From Cyanophora paradoxa CCMP329 (lineage: Eukaryota; Plantae; Glaucophyta), in contig QPMI01000005.1 in assembly GCA_004431415.1 (NCBI GenBank), forward strand, positions 1,178,001 through 1,242,000: 64,000 nt of DNA, given 5' to 3'. The notes beneath the pieces were generated by a model. That model ran no database searches, had not been told where the DNA came from, and worked only from the letters and a program-made list of their open reading frames with translations. This document shows positions 1 to 11,603 of the stretch, piece by piece. The position numbers and the translations under genes were made by a program. Position 1 is the stretch's first letter; the number at the start of each line of letters is the position of its first letter.

Positions 1-366
1 CGAAAGCAGTGATCCTGATTTTGTCGAAGCCGCTGATTATGAGCACCCGCTCCGGATCGTGAAGTGCGCGGCGGTCGCGACCATTATTTCAAGACGAAGC
101 CGAGGAAGATTATTCGAATTCTTTTGTCCTGAAAACGTCCGTCGTTCTGGCAAACTGCGCAAGAATCGAAATATATAATAGCTAATTGTAATCGCTATGC
201 CAGTATGTCCGACGGTCATGATATCGATCATGAGTAATCAGTAAATGGGGGGGTGCGGGGGGGCTTGCCCCCCTGCTTGTTGATATATAGACGTGTCACC
301 GCCGGATTGATCACCGGTGTCAGTAAATGCATATCGATATCGCTGCAGCTGTCCAAAAAGTGGGAC

Positions 367-1085
367 CCGGTCCCGCCCGGTCCCGCGACGAAAGCGCGCC
401 AGGAACGCCCCAGAGCGGTACAGAATGAGAGCCGACGGCGCGCGCACCGCTGCAAGCTCGATTTCGGGCGCCGCCGACACTGCAGTGCGAAGAGTCGGCG
501 GAAACTTTGACCCAGCCGGTCCCGCCTGGTCCCGCGACGCGCGCAATCGATGCGTACTCACGCGCATAGACATAGCACGGCCTGCGCACTCCAGCGATCC
601 GGTTTTCGGAGCCGGAACAGTGCAGGAAGGCACCCGGCGGCGAACTTCGCGATCGGAAAATTCGATCCTGCACAGGCCCGGACATCTTTCCGCGCGCCCA
701 CGCCGCGGCGCATGCGCGGAACAATAGTATAAGCATTTGAGATGTAGACAAATCCTTCCGCGCGCTTTGCAGATGCGCCGGGCCGCGAGGACCCAGCCGA
801 CCCCAAGATTTCGATCCTTGACAAACCTGCCCATCTTTCCGCGCGCCCTCGCATCCTCACGCATGCCCATCCGTACAGTATTCATTTGAGAGCTTTTCCA
901 AGCTTTGCGCAAGCCCTCCGGGGGCGAAAGAGCACAAGAACCCAGCCGACGCCAAATTTTCGATCCTGCACAGGCCTGCACATATTTCCGTGCGCCCTCG
1001 CCTCCGCAGCCCTCCACATTGATAGTATATGCATTCTAAGAGATTCGCAAGCTCTACGCATGTGCATGCGCCTGGCCGCGGGAAC
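367..1085. repeat. Degenerate repeats with 149-bp spacing
   Basis: TTCGATCC at 661/810/959 and CATT blocks at 734/883/1032. ACCCAGCCGA at 791/940. CCGGTCCCGCCYGGTCCCGCGACG at 367/516. Every offset is exactly 149 bp. Confidence 0.75.
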
Positions 1086-1134
1086 CTCGCTCCTCCCCTT
1101 CATCAGGAGCTCGAGCGCTAGCTCGAGGTGAGAC

Positions 1135-1170
1135 CTAGGGGGGAAAGAGGTATATATATTTCCCCCCTAG
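1135..1170. repeat. Perfect 12-bp inverted repeat (hairpin) with a 12-nt loop
   Basis: CTAGGGGGGAAA (1135-1146) and TTTCCCCCCTAG (1159-1170) flank GAGGTATATATA. Confidence 0.7.
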
Positions 1171-1761
1171 ATCCCCCCTAGCGGTGCAAGCTTGATGGAG
1201 AAAAGTAGTCCAGGCGGCACGCGTACCGTGCGGCGTACGCGGCGCAGTGCGAGGAAGCAGAAATCTAGAGGAGACAGCTAGCGCTAGCTATAATATAGGG
1301 AGAAGTGGTTGCCATGCAAAACCGCGCAAGGGAGAGCCCGGAGCTAGAGAGACGTTGGTTTTCCCCTCGAAAACCGCTTTTCGCGAGTTCGAAAGTGCTC
1401 TCGCGAGCTCAGCGGCTCGACTTTGACGGTCGAAAGACGAGAGCTGACCGGTCCACCGAGCCAATCGGAACGCGAATAAGCCCCATTTTTCCCCGTGTTG
1501 CATACTGGACCTCGAAAACGGCCTCAGAAAAATTTTGGCTGAAGCGAGGGAACGGGAAGCAATTTTTGCAAGCTGGGAGAAGCCCTTCGGTCTTCTTCCC
1601 CCCTTGCAATATTTCGCGGTGCGGTGCATCGACGCGGCGCCCGGCGCTGCTGAACGCGCTGCTTCAGACCCCCGCGCTCTGCACCGGTGCGGGGCGCCCC
1701 GCCCCCCGGGCCCCCCGCAAGCCGGCCCCCGCGAGCCGGCCCCCGGGCAGCGCGGCGGGCG

Positions 1762-2600
1762 ATGTCGCTCAAGTTCGGGGTGGCGGCGCTCGAGTACTTC
1801 CTCGCTGATCGCGAGCGCGCCCCGGAGCCCGCCTCCGCCTCGAGCTCCCCCGCGCCCGGTGCGCACCCCGCCCCGCCCCCGCCCCCGCCCCCCGCTCACG
1901 GCGGGGCAGGGCCGGGCGCTGCGGGCGCGCGAGGCCGCCGATCTGCTCCTCGCCGACAAGTCCCAGGCCCGCGTACCCCCCCAGGCCCCCGCCCCCCCAC
2001 CCCGGGCCGCAGGAGGGGAGGCCCTCCTCGCCTCTGCCCGTGCGCCCCCCGCCTCCCGTGCCCCGTACCCCCGCCCTCCGACCTCCCCCTCCAGGCGGTA
2101 CCCCGCCTTCAACCCCCCCCCCCCCCCCCTTGAAGGCGGGCAGGCTGTCGCCGGAGGCGCTGGGGAGGGGCGGTGCGGGCGCTAGCTATAGGGGCGCTGC
2201 TGCGGCGGTCGCCGCCGGAGCCGGCGCCACCGCTGGCGAGCGGGGCCGCCGCCCCGCTGGACCTCGAGGGCCCCGCCGAGGCCCTCGCCGCCGCCCTGGA
2301 CCCCGCCGCCGCCCCGCGCCCCGGCCCTCGCCGCCCGCCCGCCTTCGCCTTCCTCGCCCGGCCCCCGGGCCCCGTCCCGGGCCCGGGCCCGCGCCCCCAC
2401 GGCCCCGCCCCCCGCCGCCTCCGGGCCCACCGCCCTCGATCGCAGGCCCGGGGCCTGTGCAGAATCGATTGCGGCTCCTTCGCGGGGTGTCGGGTAGCCA
2501 CGACGAGCTTCCCGGCGCCGGCCCTCGGGAACGACTCCCCCGAAATAGACGGGCTCGAGCGATGGGCCGGAAAGGGGAGGCCGCAGAGCGCCGGCGGCGC
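1762..2600 (+). pseudogene. Probable degenerate intron-containing gene fragment, no recognisable domain
   Basis: Coding-like blocks (MSLKFGVAALEYFLADRE; RAREAADLLLADKSQ; ARGLCRIDCGSFAGCRVATTSFP) are separated by intron-like GTGCG...GCAG segments, but I could not reconcile the reading phases. Confidence 0.25.
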
Positions 2601-3028
2601 CGAGAGTTCGAAGCAGCGGCCAATTGGAATTGCAAGGCCGGAGCGAGACTCGCGATCGGGGACGAAGACTCGTGAGCAGGATGAGGGGGGGTGGCACCGT
2701 GGCCATGGCAGGCGGCAGCGGGGCGCGCGGCCAACCCCAGAGGGCACACCGAGGGCCCAACGAGGGCGACGTCTCGTTAGACATCGATATTCAATTGTAA
2801 TCGATATCATGCAGAGTGCACGGTCCGCAGTATACTCGAAATTGAATCTCAATCAAATAGCATTCAATATATTATATATTAATCCTGATCGAGCCCGTGC
2901 GAGCTCGAGAAATAGGCCGAGCGAGTCATGTTTTCGTGGGAAACACTAAACAAGACTCAACAAGTCGGATCAGAATGGGTTCAAGGCAACATGTGCGGTA
3001 GCTAGCTACAGGAGGCGACCTGCGGGCG

Positions 3029-6000
3029 CTACTCGTCGGCGGCGGCGAGCTCGGCGGCGGCGGCGGCGGCGTCCTCGGCCGCCGCATCCTCGGCCAGCTC
3101 CACCTCGAGCTCGAGCTCTGCCTCTGAAGCCTCCTCGGGCTGGACGGTGAGAATGTCCTGGGCGCGCGAATTCGAAGAGGCGGTTCAGACTCCGACCGAG
3201 TTCAAATAGAAGGCGGCCGGAGGAGGTGAATCGATTTAGGGTTGAATCGAAACGCGAAAGCAATATATATGAAGAGGGCGCGTTCGCCTATGCGGTGCGG
3301 GAGGCGCTGGCGCTGGGGTCGACGTCGCGATCGGGGGCGCATACATGCGCACCTGGGCGAGGCGGCTGGCGGGGACCTGCATGGGGCTGCCGCAGTGGAG
3401 GAACTCGGACTTGTCGAGGTTCGCGTCGCCGTCGCCGTGGTTGTCGTACAGGCCGAACATGTCGAAAGCCTTCTGGCTGAGCTTTGCGTACTGCACCATC
3501 GCGAACAACTCGTCGGAGCTGACCTCCTCCTGCTCCCCGAAGGTCTCCCCCCAGATCGCCTCCGTGCCCGCGAAGACGAACTTCGCGTCGTTGTCGGCGC
3601 TCTCCAGCACCATCGACAGCTTCTCCCTGCGCCCCCGCCCCCGCCACACACGCGCGCCCGTGAGTGCCGGCGGGGCCTCGGCGGGAGCGGGGGCGGGGCG
3701 GGGGCGGCGCGCACCAAGCGGAGAGGCTCTGGAGGGAGGGATCCGTCTCCAGCTGCTTCGCCAGGTCGTCGCAGTAGATGGTCTTAATGCCCTCCTCGGG
3801 CTCGGGCCCCGAGGAAATCATCGAGCCGAGCTCGGGCCCGGTGCCGTCCCCGGGCACCGAGGTAATAAACCCGCCGAAGTCAGGCTCGATGCCGTCGACG
3901 TCCTCGGGACCCGAGGAAATCATCGGGCCGAGCTCGGGCCCGGTCTGCCTGGCGAAGTAGGCCGCCTCCGTGATCGGCTCGCGGCAGGCGAGGAGCTCCG
4001 ACTTGTCAAGGTTCCTGTCCCGGTCGCCCAGCGCGTCGTACCGGAACGCGCCCTCAAGTGCCCTCTCGACGCCCCCGAACGGCTCCTGGAAAGGCTCGAG
4101 CGCCGCTCCCACCTCGCTCATGGGGACCTCGCTCTTCTCCGCGAAGACCGAAGACCACAGCTCTTCGGTGCCGGAGAACGTGTAGCGCGCCGCGTTTTCG
4201 GAGCTCGTCAGCAGCAGCCCGAGCTTCGCCCTGCCCGTCGCGTGATTCGGCGCGAGCGCACGAAACCATGCGCAGGTCGACGTCTCGAATGGTCCACGCA
4301 CTGGGGCGGGAGTTCCTGGATGGTGACGTTTTGCGCTGTGAACCTGCCCAGGAAGTCGTCGCAATACACCATCCCCGGTGCCCTTTCCTCCGGAATCAAC
4401 GGCCCGAGCGCGGGCCCGGCCAGCGGGCACTTGAGGCTCGTCGCGAGCTCGCAGCTAGCCGAGTCGCCGCTGTGCGTACGTGCGGAGATAAGACCGCAAA
4501 GAGTGTGCGCACTCGGATGGCAAGCGCCAGCACTCACGGGCAGCTGGACGTGAGGAGATCCGCAGCGTTGCTGGCGGGGCCCTCGACCGCCAGGCACTCG
4601 TCGGTGGTGCAAGACTGGGGGCCCGGGATCGGCGTCTTGAACTCCGCCGTGAGCTTTGGCTCTCTGTCCGTGCCGATCACGCATCACATATACGTACAGG
4701 TGCACGTGCACGCGGATTTGATGTGTAGAAGCGATTCAAGATCGCGAAGACACGTGGTGAGCACTAGTACTGACCCGGCCACAGTCAGATTCGGCTCGAG
4801 GTTGCTATCGCCGGACTCGTCTCGCGTTTCGGTCGTAGGGATCTGTGCACGTACGTATACGCCCCCCAAGAAAGATATGATTTGTTAGTATCGGGCACAC
4901 GCAGCAGAATGCAGATGGGTGCCGGGGTGCAGAGGCGCACGCGCTCGCCCGTCGGCTCAGCACTCAGCGCGATGGTCGGCTCGCCCGACGGGAACGCACG
5001 CCCCGCCCAGTATTCCTGCGTGCATACGAGGTGATTTCGCTGGTCAGCGCTGCCCACTCAAAAAAAGATCTCGGGAGACGGATCTCTAGATCTAGAGCAA
5101 CGGACCTGGTTGGGGTCGACGCTCTCCGCCAGGGTCCCCTTGACGACCTCCATCCCGGTTCGGTTGTCCCGCGCGTAGATCTCGTACGTCCCCACCTGTT
5201 TCAATTTTGATCATGTATCAGATTTCTTATACGTAGGATGATGATCGGATCTCAGATCTCTTAGATAGTGGCGACCGTGCGCCGCCGCTGCCGCCGCCGT
5301 TCAAATAGTGGGATCCGATCGCCGACTCGCCTCAAGCCCGGGCTTCGCGTAGTCCGCGATATAGAGGCCGCCGTGCATGTACTTGTAGGTGCCCTGTCCA
5401 GTGACGTCCCCCGTCTGCAGACGTCGACAGCCGCGTGAGTACATGTACGACGAACACGATCTATAGCTAACGTCGAATGCTCGGGCTAGCTATAGGTCGC
5501 AATGTTAATCAACGAATTCGGAAGAAATGACGGCAAGCATTTATCGCGAATTCAGAGCCTCGGAGAAGCTCAGCGAATTTCGAACCTGCGTGGTGTAATA
5601 CGTGCCTGCCCGGAAAGGGAATGAATGAGTTTTTACTAAGTCTTTGCAGTGAGACATATTTAGATTAATTCCAAAGATTATGGTTACCATTTTCCGCGAC
5701 CAGACGCGATTCCTGACCGTGGGTGCTCACGTCGTAATTGAGCTTGTACGGGACGACTCCGAAGTCCTGCGGGCCCCGCCAGCAGATGCGCATCAACGCG
5801 CACGCTCGTCCAACGCGGGCGACACGCAAGCCGTGTGAGTACCATGACAAGCTGCTCGCCAGACAAGGCTTGCTCGGTCACGCGCGCCGCGACGGGGTCA
5901 ACGTCCTGTCGCAGAGCATTGATCACGAACAATGCATGCGCATATGCATGTGAGCCACCGTGGCACTAGTACTGAGCCCTGGTCGGTGGGGCGTGCACGG

Positions 6001-7345
6001 CAGCAACGCACGTTGAGCTCGAGAGCGCGGAGCAGGGTCTCGTTCAGCTGCAGCCCCGCAGCAAAGTCGGCGTCCAGTGCTCCGGGTGCCTTCATCTCCG
6101 TCCCCTTCTCCGTCGCGATCGCGGGCAGCTGCGACTTGAGGCTGCGGGCGTGTCGCCGGTCAACACACAATCGATATCCGCGCGCCGCCGAGACCAAGGG
6201 GTGCATGATCACCAGAAGCTGCCTCCGCACGACTGCTGGGGGGCTTCGTACGAGATGGTAGCGCTGCCGGTCGTGACTTGCGGCGGCGCGATCGGAGTCC
6301 ACTGGCCCTGGACGCCCTCCACGGGGACCCGAGGCCCGTCGGGAAGACGAGCGGACTCCTGGGGGAAGCTCGTTCCGGCAAACGTCTCCGAGGACGGGTC
6401 TCGCGTCCACTGCAAGGCATCCGGCGCTGATGTACCGCAGTGCGTGGGTCGGTTTGGGTGTTCATGATCACGGGCGCGCAGATCGTGATCGCACGCACCA
6501 GGCGACTGGGCGTAGGCCAAGTTACTGCGTTCAACCATCATAGGCATCGATATCATGGCTTATATATAATCATTAGCCACAAAAGAATGTGCATGTAAAA
6601 GCGCACGGGAGTTTCGTAAACTCTCCGTAGTAAACCTTCTGGGGCGTCACGATCTGGCGGAGAACGTAGCCGCCTGCAAGAGCTCGCTCAGCTGCTGGAC
6701 ACGAAACTTGCAATTTCTTGCGGACCGGACACACGTACCCGTCTCAGTGTACGAATCCGTCACGTCGAAGGTCCTCTTCTCCACAAACTCGTCGGTGTAC
6801 CTGCGCGCCCGGGGCCTCGCGTTCGCTCTCATTCGCTAGAATTCGAAGCGCTAACATGCGCGCTAGTATGATTCAAATCACTGATGCTCCAAGGAATTCA
6901 TGGAATACATATACACATGCATGCGCATGTGCTCACGATATTGATCACATAAATTCGAAGTGCTCGGTTAAGTTTTAAGCCTCGGCAACGCACGTGAAGT
7001 TCTGGGTCTCGGTCGCGGGGGCTGTGTAGATGCCGGAACCATGGTACTGCGCGCGGCCGCGGGCGTCGACACGGATGTGCACGTGCACGTTGAGATCTGA
7101 GCGCCCGGCGGCCCACGCGAGCATGTGCATCGCACGAACCTCCTCGGAGCCGGAGGCGCGGATCTTGCCGCTCTCAGAGAACGGGAGCTCGTACGTTCCC
7201 TGCAGGCAGCATGCGCAGATACCATTCGACATGGGCGCGCGCGTGTGCAGCGAGAGGGATTCGACGTTTACCTTCTCGATCAGAACGCCTGGAGTCGTGC
7301 TGAGAGTGTCGCATGACCCCGGCGAGACGTTGGTTGCAGATCTAG
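3029..7345 (-). CDS. Multi-exon hypothetical protein, probably extracellular, with two C-terminal repeats each carrying a variant EF-hand; 5' end uncertain and possibly degraded
   Basis: Exons include SATNVSPGSCDTLSTTPGVLIEK, GTYELPFSESGKIRASG, QGTYKYMHGGLYIADY, VGTYEIYARDNRTG and CVIGTDREPKLTAEFKTPIPGPQSCTTDECL. Two repeats follow the pattern YCDD...KL..L.S..N.A..F.GTE..W...YD..GD.D.NLDKSE.L.C..P. The last exon is DILTVQPEE...AAADE with a stop at 3029-3031. Confidence 0.6.
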
Positions 7346-9148
7346 AATGTTATGTATACGTTAGGAAATTGCACGGGAACAGAAATCGAGAGCGTAAATG
7401 AACACATATATATACGCACGCCATGATCGAACTCTAGATATCGATCTGGCCTGGCAGATTGAAGGTGAGAGAATTCGGAAGCGCGAGCCGGGCTGTGCCT
7501 GGCGCACTACGGTAGTACGGTACTGCCCGCACGATCGCAAGACACTAACCGGTTTAAAATTTTGAGCGTCGAACGACCTTCGGGAAGACGTCGACGCGCA
7601 CACCACTGTGAGTCTGTGAGACCAGCGCTACTAAAAAGGCTAGCTAGGCCAAGCTTAAGCTAGCGCTAGCTGCAGCGCTACTAGGCTTAGTAGGCTACAC
7701 TCGCGCGCACAGTGCCGCACACTGAACACGTATAGCTGCAGCTGGCCATGCGTGACGATGCCGCAGTGCGTCCCATGCCATCATGGGCCATTGATGGCTC
7801 CGAAGAGCTCGGAGCTCTCCGGCCGCGAGTCCGGCGTGGCCGCCGCTGGCCGGGTCACCGGGGTCCGGGTGGCAAGTCACCGTAGTGGCAACCGTGGCAT
7901 CACTGGCCCAGTGGCATGGCGCCGGCCAAATACTGATCATGATTACTCTAGTAGTAGCAGTGAAAACTAGTTTGATTCAAACAGTGCACGTGATTATCAA
8001 AGTATATTACTCCGGGACCGGGCCGGGCCGGGAGTCCGGGAGTCCGGGAGTCCGGGACGTCGAGTCCGACGGTCGTCGTCGACTCGCCGAGTCGATGAGA
8101 GAGTCCATGCATTATGCATATGTAAGTTAGTGGTAAGGATCCCGGAGCTACTGCGCGCCACTGGTCTCAGTGCCGCTATATATATAGCTACTGCCAGCCT
8201 ATATATAGCTACTGCCAGGCTGGCCGGAGGGGCAACCCGGGCAAGCCGCTGAGCCCCGTGGGCTAGACGGTCTAGACCTGGCCAGCAGCTGCAGAGGGGG
8301 GGAGGAACTTGAATGGAGGGGGACTTGAACTTGCCAAGTTGAAAATGACATGCGAATGCCATCGCCATATGCATGCGCCGGCGCCCGCCGCCGGCCGCGG
8401 CGCGGCGCCCGCCGCCGGCGCCGCTAGCCCTAGTAGACTGCGGCGCTACTAGGCTAGTCAAGCCGGCTAGCTAGTCGGCTAGTCAAGCCGGCTAGCTAGT
8501 CGGCTTGACCAGGGCCACAAGCCTAGTCGGAATCACACTGTGACAGTCGGCCCGCGCGCGGGCCGGAAGCCGGGATGACTCGAGCTCGGATCACTGAGTC
8601 ATCGACTCGGATTAATATTACTCGGATCATCGCGATCGACCGAGTCGGATCATCGCCGACGGCGAGTCCGACACGGACCGACCGTCGGACAGATCTAGCT
8701 ATAGACTCCCATACAACACCCTAGCTGCTAGGAGCGTGCCCTCCGGCCTGTGGGCTTTTCCCATCTAAAGCTTGACGTGGGTCGACCAAAAAATGATCTT
8801 CTAGATCTGTCGTCGATCATCGGATCTGTGCATGGTACCGGTAACGAGGCTAACGGTGTCTAACACCTGGCGGGGGTCGAATGTCCTTTTCTCTCCTCTC
8901 AGAGTCTCTGCTCGCATGCGCATATCCACCCCTTACTGCCCGTACCTGATGCTTGGAAACTTGGAAGTAGATAGATCGCGTTTGGGTCATTTCCAGGTCA
9001 TTTTTCACGGCTTTTACACGGTAGCCTGACTGATCTGAGTCTGATCATGAACCTCGGGTTGACTGACTCAGTGATATCGATTCAGTCACAGTCAGGGGGG
9101 CTGACAGACAGACTGGGTCAGCCGGGGGGCTGACTGACGATAGCACTA

Positions 9149-11466
9149 CTGTAAGGCTATAATTTTAGACGTGTAGGCTATTATTTTAGACGCGTACTGT
9201 AAGGCTATTATTTTAGACGCGATAGACGAGGTAACCCATTCGTCTAACTTAAACCCCGCCTAACTGTCTCTTATAAATTAATTAATAATATAAGGGGGTA
9301 TACCATAATACCGCTTGTATGGAGCCTCGGAGCGTCCCCATGGCCCAGTTCCTCATATTAGTCTTCAGCCGTCCATTGTTTTACCAGCTCTACAACCTCA
9401 ATTCCGTTTATACACTCCGTCAGTTTCGAATATATACATATCCCCTCTAGTGGTGTCCTACGTTTCGCCTCTCCTATATAGCTACGTATACTGTTAACGT
9501 TCTAGATCTGCCGCCTCTGCCTCGAGCTCCGGATCCGATCCTGCGACTACGTCTTCTAGTTCTGCTGTACATGTTAGCTATAGCTCTATCTTGTCGTCTT
9601 CGTCTAGATCTTCGTCTTCGACTGTAGTTCCTCGTGCACGTGCTCGCTCTCCTTATAAAATTATTCGCTTTGCCCCCGTGCTCCTCGTCGTTCTAGTGTG
9701 ACTAGTACTTCTGCGTCGACGTCCTTGAGCGCTATAGCTAGCTCTTCTACGTATACGTACTCCTTCTCCTCGCGATCGAACTCGTGCTCGATCGCGAGCT
9801 CGTACGCGTACGCGTTCTCCTTATCTTTTGCGTTCTTTGTGATTGCTTTAATTTGTTGAAAAGTACGACGTGCCGGGATAGCGGCGACCACTGGGCCCCC
9901 GCCGAGACCCTGGAGCGCGTCGGAAGACCTCCCGCAGCCGCCCGTGCACCGGGGCAGATCCCCGCGCAAGCCCTCGTCGATCGGCGATCTGGCCGCCCCA
10001 GACCTTCTCGATAGCTTCCTTACACAGCCAGCGTAGCCGGCAGCCCGACCCCCAGCGAGCGTATCTCCGCCCGCGCATCCCGTCGCGCGCTCGCGGATTC
10101 GCATCATCGGGCGGGTCGCTTATCGGGCGGATCATCGTGGTCATGATCAGCGCGGGCATGCGCGGGGATCATGGCCGCGCGCCGCCGGTCGCCCTGCCCC
10201 TGGCCACGCACGCGTACGATAGCTGCTTCCGGTAGCTGCGCGCGCCCTCAACATGCACATATCCTCGCGAACCTGTCGCCAGGACCTGCCGCGCAAACCC
10301 TTGCCCTGCAGCTGCTGGGCCCTCGCGATCGCCGACACATCCCCCGCGCGCAGGCCACCGGCTGCGGGTTGCAGCACGGGCGCGGGCGCAGCACGGGACG
10401 TCAAGTGGCGCCTCTTCCGCTGGGAGCTGGCCGGGACCGAGCACAAGGCTCAAGAACAGGGAGCGATCCTTGCCCTGCTGCCAGGCTGCGCAAATCATTT
10501 GCCGAGTCCTAGGACCTTGCTGACACGTCGCGCGCATGCGCAGATCACTGATCCGCGGCCGCCGGGCGCGGGCGCGGGCGCGGGCGCTCGACGAGTCATC
10601 TACGCGGCCCACGTGTTCCGGTGCGGCGATCCCGCCCAGCACATCGCGGCGCTCCACCCCCCGGAGCTCGCCCCCTATTCCCCCCGGCGCCGGCGAGCCC
10701 CTAGGCTCCTCCCCCAACCACGACCTAATAACTGCGCACGCCTCTTGCCGCTTCGTTACTATGAGCGCCGCATGCATGCCGCCCGCCGCGGCGCTGTCTG
10801 AGCATGTGGAACCGTGGCGGGGACGCTCGGAACCCTCGCACAAAGTAGTGCGGGGGGAGATTCCGACGGATCGGCCCGGCCCGCAGTCAGCCATGGCAGC
10901 CTCCGAGGCTCCTCCATTCACTTGCTCGCATCTGAGCTGCACCTCCACCGGCGCAGGCCGCTGCCTGGGCCTTTCCCTCTCCCTATTGCGGGTCTGGGAT
11001 CCGTTGCCGCGCATGCACGCCGCGTTATGCATATATAGGGGCCCCAGTCCAGTACACTCCATCGATGCATCCCACTTCGCGGCCTCTCTACATGTACATT
11101 CCCGAGCTCTATAGCTACCCCTCCACTCTCTAGCTAGCCTAGCCTCCTCCGTACACTGCAGCTATCTCTACCTGTAGGGCGGCGCCTCGCCGACCGCCCA
11201 TGACTGTCGGCCTCCCCGGTCGCTGAGATAGGGGAGCGCCTTGGAAATACACACGACCCCCGATGGGGGTCCCCTCCGTGATTGCTTTAATTTGTTGTCT
11301 TTATAATTAATATCACTACCTACGGGGGGTTCGCCCCACCGTAGTCTCTGAAAAAAAAAGCGTCCAGCAGATCGTCTAATAGCTAATTATATAACTTCGT
11401 CCACATCTATTGTGGCGGGTGGGCAAACGTCTAAGTTTGAACCCGTCTATAATAATAGCCTTACAG
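9149..11466. mobile_element. Non-autonomous TIR DNA transposon relic with TA flanks (Tc1/mariner-pogo style)
   Basis: Left end TA|CTGTAAGGCTATTATTTTAGACG is present as three tandem copies (9149, ~9172, 9197). The right end is CGTCTATAATAATAGCCTTACAG|TA (11444-11466), matching the 9197 copy at 22 of 23 positions. Subterminal CGTCTAA motifs occur on both sides. No intact transposase. Confidence 0.75.
9859..11277. mobile_element. Nested 1.4-kb insertion flanked by a 20-bp target-site duplication; probably a truncated non-LTR retroelement or retrocopy
   Basis: GTGATTGCTTTAATTTGTTG is identical at 9839-9858 and 11278-11297. The GC-rich insert sits inside the AT-richer transposon body and has a GACCCCC-GAT-GGGGGTC hairpin near its right end. 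No intact RT motif is visible. Confidence 0.65.
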
Positions 11467-11547
11467 TAGTAACAGTACTAGTAGCCTTAGTAGTAGGTGG
11501 CCCGAATCGTGCACGATGCAAAGCCTTGAGGCCCTTGACTCGTGAAG

Positions 11548-11603
11548 ATGGCCGGGCCATTGACACCCACTGTCAATGGCCGGGCCATTGACACCCACTG
11601 TCA
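11548..11603. repeat. Tandem duplication of a 28-bp unit with internal palindromy
   Basis: ATGGCCGGGCCATTGACACCCACTGTCA occurs twice. GCCATTGACA and TGTCAATGGC are reverse complements. Confidence 0.8.

Noticed and set aside
10250-11114. Possible restriction-like endonuclease or zinc-finger motifs in the nested insertion
   Set aside because: Fragments such as HVFRCG and AARDVKWRLF lie in inconsistent order and are too weak to call a protein.
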